Notes: generated from the letters alone by a model not told the origin. A stretch of DNA of 64,000 nucleotides from a bacterium (GCA_021734165.1 JAIPJL010000001.1:8792-72791); one strand, 5' to 3'. Counted from the first letter of the stretch, positions 1-9,603 are shown. Made by a program: numbers and translations.

Positions 1-116
1 TCAGCAGCAGCGGCGCGTGATGCATTCTCCATTAAAACCAATCCCGGCAAGCTAAGTTCCTCAATTGTATAGCGGTCGCATTCCCGCATCTGTTTAATAT
101 TTGCTACAGGTATCAT
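1..116 (-). CDS. nnr: NAD(P)H-hydrate epimerase/dehydratase (YjeF/Nnr), 5' part only; runs off the window
   Basis: Manual translation MIPVANIKQMRECDRYTIEELSLPGLVLMENASRAAA matches the YjeF_N start (MRxxD...LMENA); ATGA overlap with the kdsD stop. Confidence 0.85.
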   Translation of the reverse strand, partial: MIPVANIKQMRECDRYTIEELSLPGLVLMENASRAAAA

Positions 117-1141
117 TTGTCTGTTTCCAGTTTAAGAATGTCGTGTAAATGTATAAGCCCCATCAGCCTGCCGTTGTCGTCAGCTACAGGAAGGGAGGTA
201 ATATTATGATTTTCCATAATATGCAGAGCGCGGGCTGAAAGATTTTTCGGACTTATCGTTTTCGGTGATGACGTCATCGCCTTGGCTGCGGTTAATTCAA
301 GCGGATTGGAAGACTCCTTTAGCAGACGCCTCAGATCTCCATCTGTTATAATGCCCTTTAATTTGCCATCCTCATCCACAACGCAGGTAACGCCAAGCCG
401 TTTAACTGTCATTTCAACTAAAGCTTCTTTCATTCGGGTATCCAACGTCACAACCGGAAGCGCTTTGCCGGTGTGCATAATATCACTAACCCTGACGAGC
501 ATCTTTGTTCCGAGCAATCCTCCCGGATGTAAAAGCGCGAAATCTTCTTCTTTGACGCCGCGCTTAACCATCAACGCTACAGCAAGAGCGTCACCGACTG
601 CAACTGTGACAGCATTGGATGAAGTAGGCAGTATCCCATAGGGCCAGGGAAGTGAAGGCACTGATACATCAAGAACGCAATCAGCAAGGTTAGCAAGCGC
701 TGAATCAGTGTTTCCTGTCATGGCGATCACAGGCACACCCTGCAGGCGGAAGCGGGGAATCAACTCCATTAATTCTCTTGTTTCACCGGAATATGAGATG
801 CAAATCGCTACATCTCCTTTGGATATAACTCCCATATCACCATGTACAGCCTCGGCGGAGTGCATGAACAACGCGGGTTCTCCGATTGACGCAAGCGTAG
901 CAGCGATCTTCCTTCCGGCGATACCGGATTTTCCCAAACCACTGACAATAACCTTATTCTCACATTCATCGATCATCTTCAAAGCGACCAGGAAAGATTC
1001 ATCGAGCCGGTTGCTAAGTGTTTTTATAGCGTCGCTTTCAAGTATAATCAGCTTGCGCGCCACATCAAGCAAGGCGTCGTCATCCATCGGTGAAGAGTTA
1101 TTGAAATTAGATAAGTTCGTAATTATGTCCTTTATCTTCAT
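113..1141 (-). CDS. kdsD: KpsF/GutQ family arabinose-5-phosphate isomerase (SIS + 2 CBS domains)
   Basis: GLGKSG, EAVHGDMG, SYSGET, PTSS and HPGG motifs; C-terminal CBS pair. Confidence 0.93.
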   Translation of the reverse strand: MKIKDIITNLSNFNNSSPMDDDALLDVARKLIILESDAIKTLSNRLDESFLVALKMIDECENKVIVSGLGKSGIAGRKIAATLASIGEPALFMHSAEAVHGDMGVISKGDVAICISYSGETRELMELIPRFRLQGVPVIAMTGNTDSALANLADCVLDVSVPSLPWPYGILPTSSNAVTVAVGDALAVALMVKRGVKEEDFALLHPGGLLGTKMLVRVSDIMHTGKALPVVTLDTRMKEALVEMTVKRLGVTCVVDEDGKLKGIITDGDLRRLLKESSNPLELTAAKAMTSSPKTISPKNLSARALHIMENHNITSLPVADDNGRLMGLIHLHDILKLETDK

Positions 1142-1183
1142 TATATGCCCTCCGGCGCGAAATCACACTGGAATTTAGCCTAT

Positions 1184-1212
1184 AATATATGCTTATTAGA
1201 CGAATCAGTCAA
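1184..1212 (-). promoter_or_regulatory. sigma70-type promoter of kdsD-nnr
   Basis: TTGACT-N17-TATATT on the minus strand, about 40 nt upstream of the start. Confidence 0.7.
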
Positions 1213-1289
1213 GCTGTGCAGCATTTTGTATGGTTGTTGCAGCGTAATATCACTGAATCTTAGAAATTTTAATTATGATTGTCTAAAGG

Positions 1290-1424
1290 TTGCATTTTAA
1301 TTAATATTGTTGTATATTGGCGGCAAACAATAGTATAATTTGCGTCACTTCGTCACCTAATAGCCGTAAAGACCTACTGGACTTGGGTTAGAGTGGGTGA
1401 CGGAAGTGTGACGGAAATGTGACA
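1290..1424 (+). repeat. Dispersed CGTCAC-box element, copy 1 (with promoter)
   Basis: TTGCAT-N17-TATATT at 1290-1318; CGTCAC at 1343 and 1351; 40-nt spacer; GTGAC(G/A) at 1397, 1408, 1419; homologous to 31887-31967 and 44247-44380. Confidence 0.9.
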
Positions 1425-1690
1425 GAAGTTTGAAGAGTAAAAGTGTCAAAGTGTGAAAGTAACAAGAATAGTCTGGACATATAGGATATTCCAGAAAAAG
1501 TGTAATTTTGGTGGAAATCTGAACAAAATAGCAACATGATCAAAAGGGGTATGCAATTCCATGTGCCATTGTTACTCATTGTAGAAAAGAATCCATCCAG
1601 AGAACGTTATTTCCCTTTCCCGGTAAGGATCAATTAAAACTCCACGGTGAAGAGATCAGACAATTTAAAAAATAGCTTAACGATGCTTTC

Positions 1691-3013
1691 ATGTCAAACC
1701 AAAATATAGAAACAGTAACCATAACCGACTTCTCATCACAGGGCTTGGGAGTCGGGCGCAGATCCAGCGGACAGGTTGCAATGATCGCTTTCGCAGTCCC
1801 CGGCGATCAGGTCGAAGTTGACTTTGAATTTGCGAAATCCAAGGGGATCGCTTTCGGAAAGTTAGTCTCGATTGTCAGTCCATCGGAAGACAGAACCGCT
1901 CATCCATGTCCATATTATTCAGAAGGCTGTCGGGGATGTCTGCTGGGCGCTTATGATTACCAAAATGGTCTGATCTGGAAACGCAACCATCTGCAAAATA
2001 CCCTCGAACGCATCGGTAAAATAGAATCTCCGGAAGTCAGAGATGTTATTCCGTCACCTCTGGAGTGGACTTACAGAGACCGACTGGAATTTAATTTGCA
2101 AATTAAACAGGGCAGAATGCAAATCGGTTTCACGGGAGAAGATGGGATAATTCCGGTTAAATGTTGCAGTCTCGGTGTAAAAAGCATTCAGGACAGCCTG
2201 CAGAAGATGTGGAACGTTATGCCAATACTTAAATCGGGCGCTAAAAAAGATTTCAGAATGTTACTTCGAGACAACGGTTTAGGAAAAGCCGTTGCTGTAC
2301 TGTTTGTAGAGCCTGAATCAATTGACAAATATAGAATTATTACGCAATTGTTTGAAAACTCTGACCTTGCCGGATGGGAAATCAGACAAGTAGAGGATTT
2401 GAATTTCAGATTTTTCTCATCCAGACTAATCGAGAGGGTCGGTGAAGCCTCTATTTATGTCAATATCGGCAGGGATTCTATGGAGCTTCCTCTGCTATCT
2501 TTCACACAAACAAACACTTCCGCATCGGAACTCTTAAGGAAACTGGTAGTAGATTTAATCCCGGACGGACAAAACCTGCTCGATTTTTACGGTGGTTACG
2601 GCGCTTTTGCGTTAGAATATGTGACGCTGAAATCCGGTAAGGCTGTGGTGTTGGAAACCTCGCATCAGATGGTAAAAGCGGGACGCAAGTTTGCTGATAT
2701 TACTAAACTGCCGATTAGATACATCAGAACAGATCTTAACTATCCTGTAAGCATTAATAAATCGCACGGGCAATTTGATTATGCAATATTAGATCCACCG
2801 CGAGATGGACTGCATAAAAACGTGATCGGATATTTGAACGATGAAGGTCCGGGGCAGGTGATTTACGTTTCCTGTCATACAGCCGCGCTCGCGAGGGATT
2901 TGAAAGAATTGAAAAACTACACTCCGGAATATTTCATCCCTGTCGATATGTTTCCAAATACGTCGAGGTTGGAGACGGTTGCGGTCTTACGAAGAACTGT
3001 TTTACCGAGCTGA
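1691..3013 (+). CDS. rlmD: 23S rRNA m5U methyltransferase, RlmD/TrmA family with TRAM domain
   Basis: N-terminal TRAM domain (PGD), Cys cluster CPYYSEGCRGC, FTQTN, DPPR, YVSC and DMFP motifs. Confidence 0.85.
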   Translation: MSNQNIETVTITDFSSQGLGVGRRSSGQVAMIAFAVPGDQVEVDFEFAKSKGIAFGKLVSIVSPSEDRTAHPCPYYSEGCRGCLLGAYDYQNGLIWKRNHLQNTLERIGKIESPEVRDVIPSPLEWTYRDRLEFNLQIKQGRMQIGFTGEDGIIPVKCCSLGVKSIQDSLQKMWNVMPILKSGAKKDFRMLLRDNGLGKAVAVLFVEPESIDKYRIITQLFENSDLAGWEIRQVEDLNFRFFSSRLIERVGEASIYVNIGRDSMELPLLSFTQTNTSASELLRKLVVDLIPDGQNLLDFYGGYGAFALEYVTLKSGKAVVLETSHQMVKAGRKFADITKLPIRYIRTDLNYPVSINKSHGQFDYAILDPPRDGLHKNVIGYLNDEGPGQVIYVSCHTAALARDLKELKNYTPEYFIPVDMFPNTSRLETVAVLRRTVLPS

Positions 3014-3053
3014 ATCGGACAGAATTGTCTCCTGTGAAAAAGTAAGATAAACA

Positions 3054-3088
3054 TGCTGCAAACGCCTGTTTAGTATTGGTTTGCAGCA
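3054..3088. terminator. Inverted repeat after rlmD; possible terminator
   Basis: TGCTGCAAAC-N15-GTTTGCAGCA. Confidence 0.45.
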
Positions 3089-3389
3089 ATATTAGTTTAA
3101 TGTTAAACTATTATAACGTTGACGGAAGATAAGCACTGATTCGTGATTGCTGATTACATAACAAGAACCAACGATACTCAATACCACATTACATAATGAC
3201 AAACATCCCGTTTGATGCATAAACATAAACCACCCAATACACATAAATACATACAAGTCCTTAATAATTAACAAATTATAAACAGATCCGAATCTAAATT
3301 GAAATATTTCATAAAATACTGATAAATAAAGAGATAATAATTTAAAAGTATATTTAATACTATTTTAGTATTATTTTTATTGAAAACAC

Positions 3390-3418
3390 TTGACTTACAT
3401 AAATATACTTTATATATT
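3390..3418 (+). promoter_or_regulatory. sigma70-type promoter of the XRE-pyrF operon
   Basis: TTGACT-N17-TATATT about 65 nt upstream of the ATG at 3483. Confidence 0.7.
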
Positions 3419-3482
3419 CTTCGTTGAGTAAGTATTCTTGAGCGATGATTTTCATTGCAAAACGCATTAATATTACACAAAA

Positions 3483-3740
3483 ATGCAACAAAAACTGGAG
3501 TTAGAGTTTTCAAACAAGGTCGAATACTATCGAGTCTTGTTGGGAATGACTAAAGCGGAACTGTCGCGTCGTTCAGGAGTATCATTATACGTAATATGGA
3601 AAATTGAAAAAACCAACAAAACGACTCGTAGGATTTCAAAAACGCGTATAGCAAATGCATTAGGCATTGACGCGTTAGAGTTATTTCCGGAAGATAGACA
3701 ACTTGAACTAATATTCGGAGTTAAAAATGAATCCTCGTGA
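3483..3740 (+). CDS. XRE/HTH_3 family transcriptional regulator
   Basis: YRVLLGMTKAELSRRSGVS...IEK...RIANALG helix-turn-helix pattern; overlaps the pyrF start. Confidence 0.85.
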   Translation: MQQKLELEFSNKVEYYRVLLGMTKAELSRRSGVSLYVIWKIEKTNKTTRRISKTRIANALGIDALELFPEDRQLELIFGVKNESS

Positions 3741-4449
3741 CCATATCTGCCTTGCCCTTGATGTTTTTGAATTTGATGAAGCTAAAAAACTAGTTGAAGC
3801 TACCTCGGAATACATTGGATACTTCAAAGTAGGAATGTCGTTCTTTGACAAGGTTAAAAGTATTTCAGATATGATTCATGCAAACGGTGGTAAAGTTTTC
3901 CTAGATATGAAATTTCATGATATCCCAAATACCGTAAGTAATGCAGCCAAAACAGCAACTAGACTTGGTGTAGACATCTTTAATATTCATGCCATTGGTG
4001 GCACAGAAATGATGAGAAGAACGCTTGATTCAACTAAAGAGGAAGCCGATAATATTGGTGGGGAACCACCTGACATTTATGCTGTTACAGTATTGACGAG
4101 TATAGACAAGATTACGCTTGACGCTGAGCTAAAAGTAAGAATGGGTCTAAATAACTATGTAGTCTATCTTGCAGGATTGGCAAAAGAAGCAGGATTGAAA
4201 GGTGTCGTTTGCTCCGGTCATGAAGTAAAAGCAATAAAAAAAGCATGCGGAAAAGATTTTAAGCTGATCGTGCCTGGGATAAGACCAAAGTGGATGTCTG
4301 AAACCGATGATCAGAAAAGAGTATTTACACCTGAACGTGCAATTAAAGACGGTGCAGATATTCTTGTAGTAGGACGACCAATTATTATGGCTGAATCACA
4401 TCAGGAGGCAGCAAAAAGATTATTTCATGAAATAGACACTACATTTTAG
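3727..4449 (+). CDS. pyrF: Orotidine-5'-phosphate decarboxylase
   Basis: LALD, FKVG, catalytic FLDMKFHDIPNT, VTVLTS, PGIR, DDQKR and VVGRPI motifs. Confidence 0.95.
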   Translation: MNPRDHICLALDVFEFDEAKKLVEATSEYIGYFKVGMSFFDKVKSISDMIHANGGKVFLDMKFHDIPNTVSNAAKTATRLGVDIFNIHAIGGTEMMRRTLDSTKEEADNIGGEPPDIYAVTVLTSIDKITLDAELKVRMGLNNYVVYLAGLAKEAGLKGVVCSGHEVKAIKKACGKDFKLIVPGIRPKWMSETDDQKRVFTPERAIKDGADILVVGRPIIMAESHQEAAKRLFHEIDTTF

Positions 4450-4459
4450 GTACAATATC

Positions 4460-5236
4460 GTGCCTGTAAATAAAACAGTTGTAATTACATTAGGATCAAT
4501 CACCGTTTTGTCGCTAATTGCATGTATATCTCACTTTCTTAATATTTCCAAGCATCTTACTAACTTTTTCTTTTTCCTAAAAAGAAAAATAAGTGAGAGG
4601 AAAGGAAGAAAGAAATTTAATGATGTTGATAAGCAAGCAATTCAACTACTTAAAATAATAGATGCAAGCGAATTTGAACCTGGATTACTAAGTAGACTTC
4701 AATGGGCTCGTTATTTAGCAGATTCCAATGCAATTATAAGTAAACCTGATGGAACTCGTGAACTTGATCTTAAAGCTCTCTTTATCTCAGGAAAAAAGAG
4801 CATTAAACCAATTGAAATGGATATTGAATCAATAATAAAGTACATAATTAAAAAATTTGGTGTTATTGATGCTGTATTCGGACATCCTTATAACGATGAT
4901 TTTGTTACAATTTGTTACAATCAATCCAAAGATTATGGTAGAATTAGACAGGATCTAATATCTCCTGCTCAAAATCTTGACAATATTTCGAATCTGTTGG
5001 ATTCCGGTTCAAGAGTTATTATATTATGTGCTTATCTAACATTGTCGAATTTCCAACATTTAAAAAATTGGATTGATTCTATTAAAAATGCCCATCATAA
5101 TCCTCCTTGTACAATTATAGGTGGATTTATTCTGTTTAGAGCGCAACAAATTTCTGCAGAGATGATGCTATCTCTTTTCAGTAATGAAGAAAGGCTTATT
5201 CAGCCATTTAAATTGGATTTAGGGCATTTAGGATAA
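4460..5236 (+). CDS. Hypothetical protein: N-terminal TM helix plus probable degenerate PRTase fold
   Basis: Hydrophobic N-terminus; SGSRVIILCAYLT...IIGGFILFR resembles the PRPP-loop region but lacks the acidic pair and TG motif. Confidence 0.6.
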   Translation: MPVNKTVVITLGSITVLSLIACISHFLNISKHLTNFFFFLKRKISERKGRKKFNDVDKQAIQLLKIIDASEFEPGLLSRLQWARYLADSNAIISKPDGTRELDLKALFISGKKSIKPIEMDIESIIKYIIKKFGVIDAVFGHPYNDDFVTICYNQSKDYGRIRQDLISPAQNLDNISNLLDSGSRVIILCAYLTLSNFQHLKNWIDSIKNAHHNPPCTIIGGFILFRAQQISAEMMLSLFSNEERLIQPFKLDLGHLG

Positions 5237-5253
5237 TTTGATAATTAAGATTA

Positions 5254-5994
5254 ATGGAGTTTAAAATGAGCTTAAAAAGAGAAGAGTGCGAAGTTGGCTC
5301 CTTAGTAGAACTAGCCAAAGAAGAGCTTCTCAAAATCATCGAAGAATCTGGTGCAGTTAACGATGGTCATTACAAGTTAGTATCGGGAAACCACTCGAAT
5401 CGCTTTTTCGATATTAACAGAATCGCTAACAATCCAAAACTCATTGGCAGATTGTCAACGGAGTTCATTTTCTGGACAAGAAAAAACATTGATATTAACA
5501 TCGATGTTGTTCTTTCTCCTGTTACAGGTGGTAGGATTCTCGCGTTTGATTTAGTTCGGGAATTTAATGGTTCTATGGAAACCAGACTTGCTCATGCTCC
5601 AGTTGATTTTGAGACTAAACCAGGTTGCGTATTACCCGAGTTAACCCCTCCATCGAGGATATATGAGGGTGAAAATGTTCTCATAGTTACAGATTTATCC
5701 TCAACTGGGAGTGGTCTTAGAAGCTTAGAAACCATTGTAAATGACAAAAAAGCAAATCTGCTCGGTATCGTTGCTGTAGCCACAAGAAGTCCCGAAGCTC
5801 AAAACACTTTAATGGAAATAGCTCAAAAGAATAACGTAAAATCACATTGGTTGATACACTTTAATTGGAAACATTGGCCTCCGGGAAAGGGTAGCTGTTA
5901 TCTATGCGATCAGAACATACCATTAGTTGAACCAGCCGGTGGATTAAGTAATTTCAGTCCAATAATATTCGGGCTAAAGACTTCTGCTGCATAG
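5254..5994 (+). CDS. Orotate phosphoribosyltransferase-like type I PRTase (divergent)
   Basis: GHYKLVSGNHSNRFFD, SPVTGG, GENVLIVTDLSSTGSG and C-terminal CYLC resemble Thermus-type PyrE, with an altered PRPP motif. Confidence 0.75.
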   Translation: MEFKMSLKREECEVGSLVELAKEELLKIIEESGAVNDGHYKLVSGNHSNRFFDINRIANNPKLIGRLSTEFIFWTRKNIDINIDVVLSPVTGGRILAFDLVREFNGSMETRLAHAPVDFETKPGCVLPELTPPSRIYEGENVLIVTDLSSTGSGLRSLETIVNDKKANLLGIVAVATRSPEAQNTLMEIAQKNNVKSHWLIHFNWKHWPPGKGSCYLCDQNIPLVEPAGGLSNFSPIIFGLKTSAA

Positions 5995-6021
5995 TGTTTT
6001 GCTACACGAACCAACAGTTAA

Positions 6022-6061
6022 CGAAAAGGGCTATTCATCACATAATGAATAGCCCTTTTCG
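6022..6061. terminator. Bidirectional intrinsic terminator
   Basis: Perfect 17-bp stem CGAAAAGGGCTATTCAT/ATGAATAGCCCTTTTCG between convergent genes. Confidence 0.8.
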
Positions 6062-6191
6062 CAATATTAATCCTTTGGTCGCTCTCCATTCAATAATTTC
6101 ACCCCCGACAATACTTTCGCTGTCGGTATCAGTCTTGCTCCGATTAAAGGAGGCGACTAACAATTCCATTAACACTCAAAGAATCAATAAA

Positions 6192-8489
6192 TCAAAACTC
6201 CAAACTTATCCCTATTGAAGGCAGCAATCCAATTGAATCGCTTTCAAGCACTCGCCCTTCGCGCTCATCCCATTGAGGCGGTGATACATACTTCTTGTTG
6301 TAAACATTCTGAACATCAATGTAAGTGATCAGATTGGTTCTCTTAAACATCCAGTATCTGTCCAAACGCAGATCAAGGCTGTGATTTATGTCAAGCCGTT
6401 CGCTGTTATAATCAGAAACATTCTGAGTTCCATCAGGATTATAGGGCGTATATGGTCGTCCGGAAACTAATCTGAATTTGGCTGCCAGCTCCCATTTCTG
6501 ATTAAACAGAAATCCCCAGGCAAGGTTGAATATCCAGCGCTGGTCGAAATTACCCGGTCTCTCTACACCATCAAGCGCTGTGAAATAGGTTTCGCTATAG
6601 GTAATACTACCGGTGCTGTAATGGTGATGCTCCGCCATTTTCTTCTGAGCAAGCAATTCAATCCCGCGCGACCAGCCTTTACCGGCGCTGACTAATGGAT
6701 CTAAACCATAGGAGCTGAAACCATCCGTTGAACCACCAAAATCTCCACCTGTGTTTGACATTACCAGGTATGGACGAAGAGCGCTTGCCGGATAGTCAAA
6801 ATAGCTCTTGTAATATCCCTCCACCTGAATTTTGACGTCATAACGCAACAAATGACTGATTCCTAATACGGTCTGATCCACGCCGATAAAATCAAGGTTT
6901 CTATTGCTTTCATCGGCAACAAGCCAGATATAACTCGGAGCCTGATGATAACGACCAACGCTCAGGTTGAAGGTGGTTAAAGGAGACGGGAAATACGATA
7001 AAGCCATGCGTGGCGCAAATGTCCAGGGATCGCTCAGCATCTCAAAATGATCCGCACGTCCACCCAGAGTCAAATTGAACTTTCCAATTCGCTGTGAAAT
7101 TTGAGAATATACAGCATTTTTGGTTGTTTTAGCATTGAAGTTTTTATCTAAAGCTATAATATCTCCATAACTGGTTTCAAAGGATCGAAGATACATATCA
7201 GCTTCAAATCCAATCGACTTACTTACTACACCATTGACGAGCCTGGTTGTTTGTGTTGGATTCCAGACAAGTTCTCCCTTTAGGTATAATTCCCGTTCAG
7301 AAGATATATTCTCAAATATTGGTTTTAGAAGGCTGTCTGCCTGACTTGCATAAAACTCAATGTTATTACCGCCTAAAATAATATTTGTATAACCGGAACC
7401 GAACAGATGACGCCACGATATACCGCCAAAATATTGATCCTGCGAAGGAGCAAGAATATTAGAATTAAAATAACGCTGATCAGCATCGTCATTAAACAAA
7501 CGGACATTGTCCAGCGCTGCTATGCCAATAACACTAAGGCGGTTTTTAGGATCAATATCATAGTTACTCTTGAACAGAAAATCCCAGTACTCCGGCACAA
7601 ATGCAAACCCCGCCTGTTTAAATATAAAATCAAGGTAGCTGCGGCGTGCTGTAAATAGAAACGAACTTTGTTCAGCTTTAATCGGACCTTCAATATTAAA
7701 ACCAAACTGTGAAGCTGAAATAGTAGCTTTACCGCCGATCCTGTCATTACGTGGATTACGGATATCTATAGACAGCATTGATGAAAGACGATCCCCGTAG
7801 CGGACTCCGAAGCCACCGCTTGAAAATTCAATCTTATCTACAAAGTCCAGATTAATAAAGGACTGAGGCCCGCCACCCGACCCTTGGGTTCCAAAATGGT
7901 TAATATTAGGCAACTCAAACCCATCAACGAGGTATAGGTTTTCCGATGGAGCGCCTCCACGTACTATAAGATCATTACGTCCGGGTCCAACCTGTGAAAT
8001 ACCCGGTAATATAGCTACCGCTCGCGCTACGTCTTCGAAACCACCAGGTAAACGTCGTATCTCTTCGTTGCTTTGGCTTACGGAGCTGATCGGTGTATCA
8101 ATCGTTCTCCTGAAAAATCCGGGAGTAACCTTCACTTCTTCCAATTCAATTGAAGTTGGCTCAAGCGAGAAGTTTACTTCGATTGGCCTGGTGATACTAA
8201 CGAGAATATCTGTGCGGGTTTCCGGTAAAAAACCCAGGCTTGATACCTGTAGAGCATACGTACCCGGAGGTATATTTACAATCCTGAATTTACCGTCTAA
8301 ATCTGTTGATGAGCCTATGTTGGTTCCCCTTAGAACGACATTCGCGTTGACAACAGGAGAGTAATCAATTCGATTGGTTACCCGTCCGTAAATAACACCG
8401 CGCAGAGTAGTCTGAGCCATAAGGGAATTTTGATCAAATACCCCAATCAAAAGCAGGACAATGGATAGTCTTATAATCCGTATTCTCAT
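6192..8489 (-). CDS. TonB-dependent receptor with carboxypeptidase-regulatory-like N-terminal domain
   Basis: Signal peptide, GSSTDLDGKF, VRGGAPSEN plug, NINHF, C-terminal Phe. Confidence 0.9.
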   Translation of the reverse strand: MRIRIIRLSIVLLLIGVFDQNSLMAQTTLRGVIYGRVTNRIDYSPVVNANVVLRGTNIGSSTDLDGKFRIVNIPPGTYALQVSSLGFLPETRTDILVSITRPIEVNFSLEPTSIELEEVKVTPGFFRRTIDTPISSVSQSNEEIRRLPGGFEDVARAVAILPGISQVGPGRNDLIVRGGAPSENLYLVDGFELPNINHFGTQGSGGGPQSFINLDFVDKIEFSSGGFGVRYGDRLSSMLSIDIRNPRNDRIGGKATISASQFGFNIEGPIKAEQSSFLFTARRSYLDFIFKQAGFAFVPEYWDFLFKSNYDIDPKNRLSVIGIAALDNVRLFNDDADQRYFNSNILAPSQDQYFGGISWRHLFGSGYTNIILGGNNIEFYASQADSLLKPIFENISSERELYLKGELVWNPTQTTRLVNGVVSKSIGFEADMYLRSFETSYGDIIALDKNFNAKTTKNAVYSQISQRIGKFNLTLGGRADHFEMLSDPWTFAPRMALSYFPSPLTTFNLSVGRYHQAPSYIWLVADESNRNLDFIGVDQTVLGISHLLRYDVKIQVEGYYKSYFDYPASALRPYLVMSNTGGDFGGSTDGFSSYGLDPLVSAGKGWSRGIELLAQKKMAEHHHYSTGSITYSETYFTALDGVERPGNFDQRWIFNLAWGFLFNQKWELAAKFRLVSGRPYTPYNPDGTQNVSDYNSERLDINHSLDLRLDRYWMFKRTNLITYIDVQNVYNKKYVSPPQWDEREGRVLESDSIGLLPSIGISLEF

Positions 8490-8654
8490 GATAAATTTCG
8501 TTTTATTTTTTTAGCTTGGTTTTGGAGAGTATTACGAAAATAAATTGAAATTATTGATATCCATATGCTTATGTTTAAGGTATAATAATCTATAAACACA
8601 CTCTTAATTTGTTAGTCAGAAGAAATGTTTTTTAACGAACCATCAGGTCACCCG

Positions 8655-9476
8655 TTATATTTGTTTGTTAGGTAAGCATAAAATATCATAGTGTTTCCAA
8701 TCTTCCAGATTGTCTTCAATCAACTGTGAACCTGTCCCGACCGGTTCTTCCTCTATCCTGTAAACAGTATAATCAAGTTCCTTGAAAAATGAAAAGAGTT
8801 TAAGGCGATAATTCCTGTCCGTTTTCTTAAAGACCTCTGTCTTAATTACGGGTCTCAAAGATTTAATTACCTCAATCAAAGACTGCAGCACGTAAAGATC
8901 AAAGCCCTCAGTATCTACTTTTATAAACTTTAATCGCGGAAGAAATTCAGTGAAGTCCTCTTTCAATTCCTTTACTAAATTCACACTAAACACTTTTAAT
9001 TTGAAAGCATGTCCATGTTTTAAAACTGAGATGCCTTCATGCCGACCTCCATTACAAAACCCGGAATCTGAATACTCAAATTCCATAATACCCTCATTGG
9101 GCGCAACAGCAGCCATCATTGTTCTGATATTTGTTGAATGCTTATTAGCTCTCGCGTTTTTCTCAAGCACATGATATACATAAGGATTTGGCTCAAGCGC
9201 CAGGATACACCCCGTTTTTCCAACCGCTATTGCCATTGGCAGCGTTGAATCTCCACTGTGAGCGCCAATATCGATGCAAAAATCACCTTCCTTTAGAAAA
9301 TCTTTATAAGCATTAACCATATCAATGGAAATTTCCTTTTTTGATTCGGATGGGTGAAGCCACTGCGCATAATGAACAATCCTGCCATTGCCGAGATCAA
9401 AATCATGCATTTCATAAGCATAACGTTGTGGTTTTCCCCGAAAACCGCAGATTTGAAATACGTTCTTAATTCTCAA
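8655..9476 (-). CDS. FkbM family SAM-dependent methyltransferase
   Basis: IDIGAHSG, EPNP and IKVDTEG motifs. Confidence 0.88.
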   Translation of the reverse strand: MRIKNVFQICGFRGKPQRYAYEMHDFDLGNGRIVHYAQWLHPSESKKEISIDMVNAYKDFLKEGDFCIDIGAHSGDSTLPMAIAVGKTGCILALEPNPYVYHVLEKNARANKHSTNIRTMMAAVAPNEGIMEFEYSDSGFCNGGRHEGISVLKHGHAFKLKVFSVNLVKELKEDFTEFLPRLKFIKVDTEGFDLYVLQSLIEVIKSLRPVIKTEVFKKTDRNYRLKLFSFFKELDYTVYRIEEEPVGTGSQLIEDNLEDWKHYDILCLPNKQI

Positions 9477-9603
9477 TCTTACTCCTTAAAATTTGTCAAC
9501 AAACGATTAGACTATTCACCTAATCAACCTAATACCAAAACGAATCGCTCTAAATTTTAGCAATGAAAAACTTTAAAGTCAAGAAATGACCCTAACTGGA
9601 ATA

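Noticed and set aside
1388..1579. 63-aa ORF over the CGTCAC element (and the 44206-44631 ORF over copy 3)
   Set aside because: They cover opposite strands of the element, starts and stops are not conserved, and differences between copies are mostly non-synonymous
3092..3513. Two minus-strand ORFs upstream of the XRE gene
   Set aside because: AT-rich, low-complexity translations overlapping the promoter; no motifs
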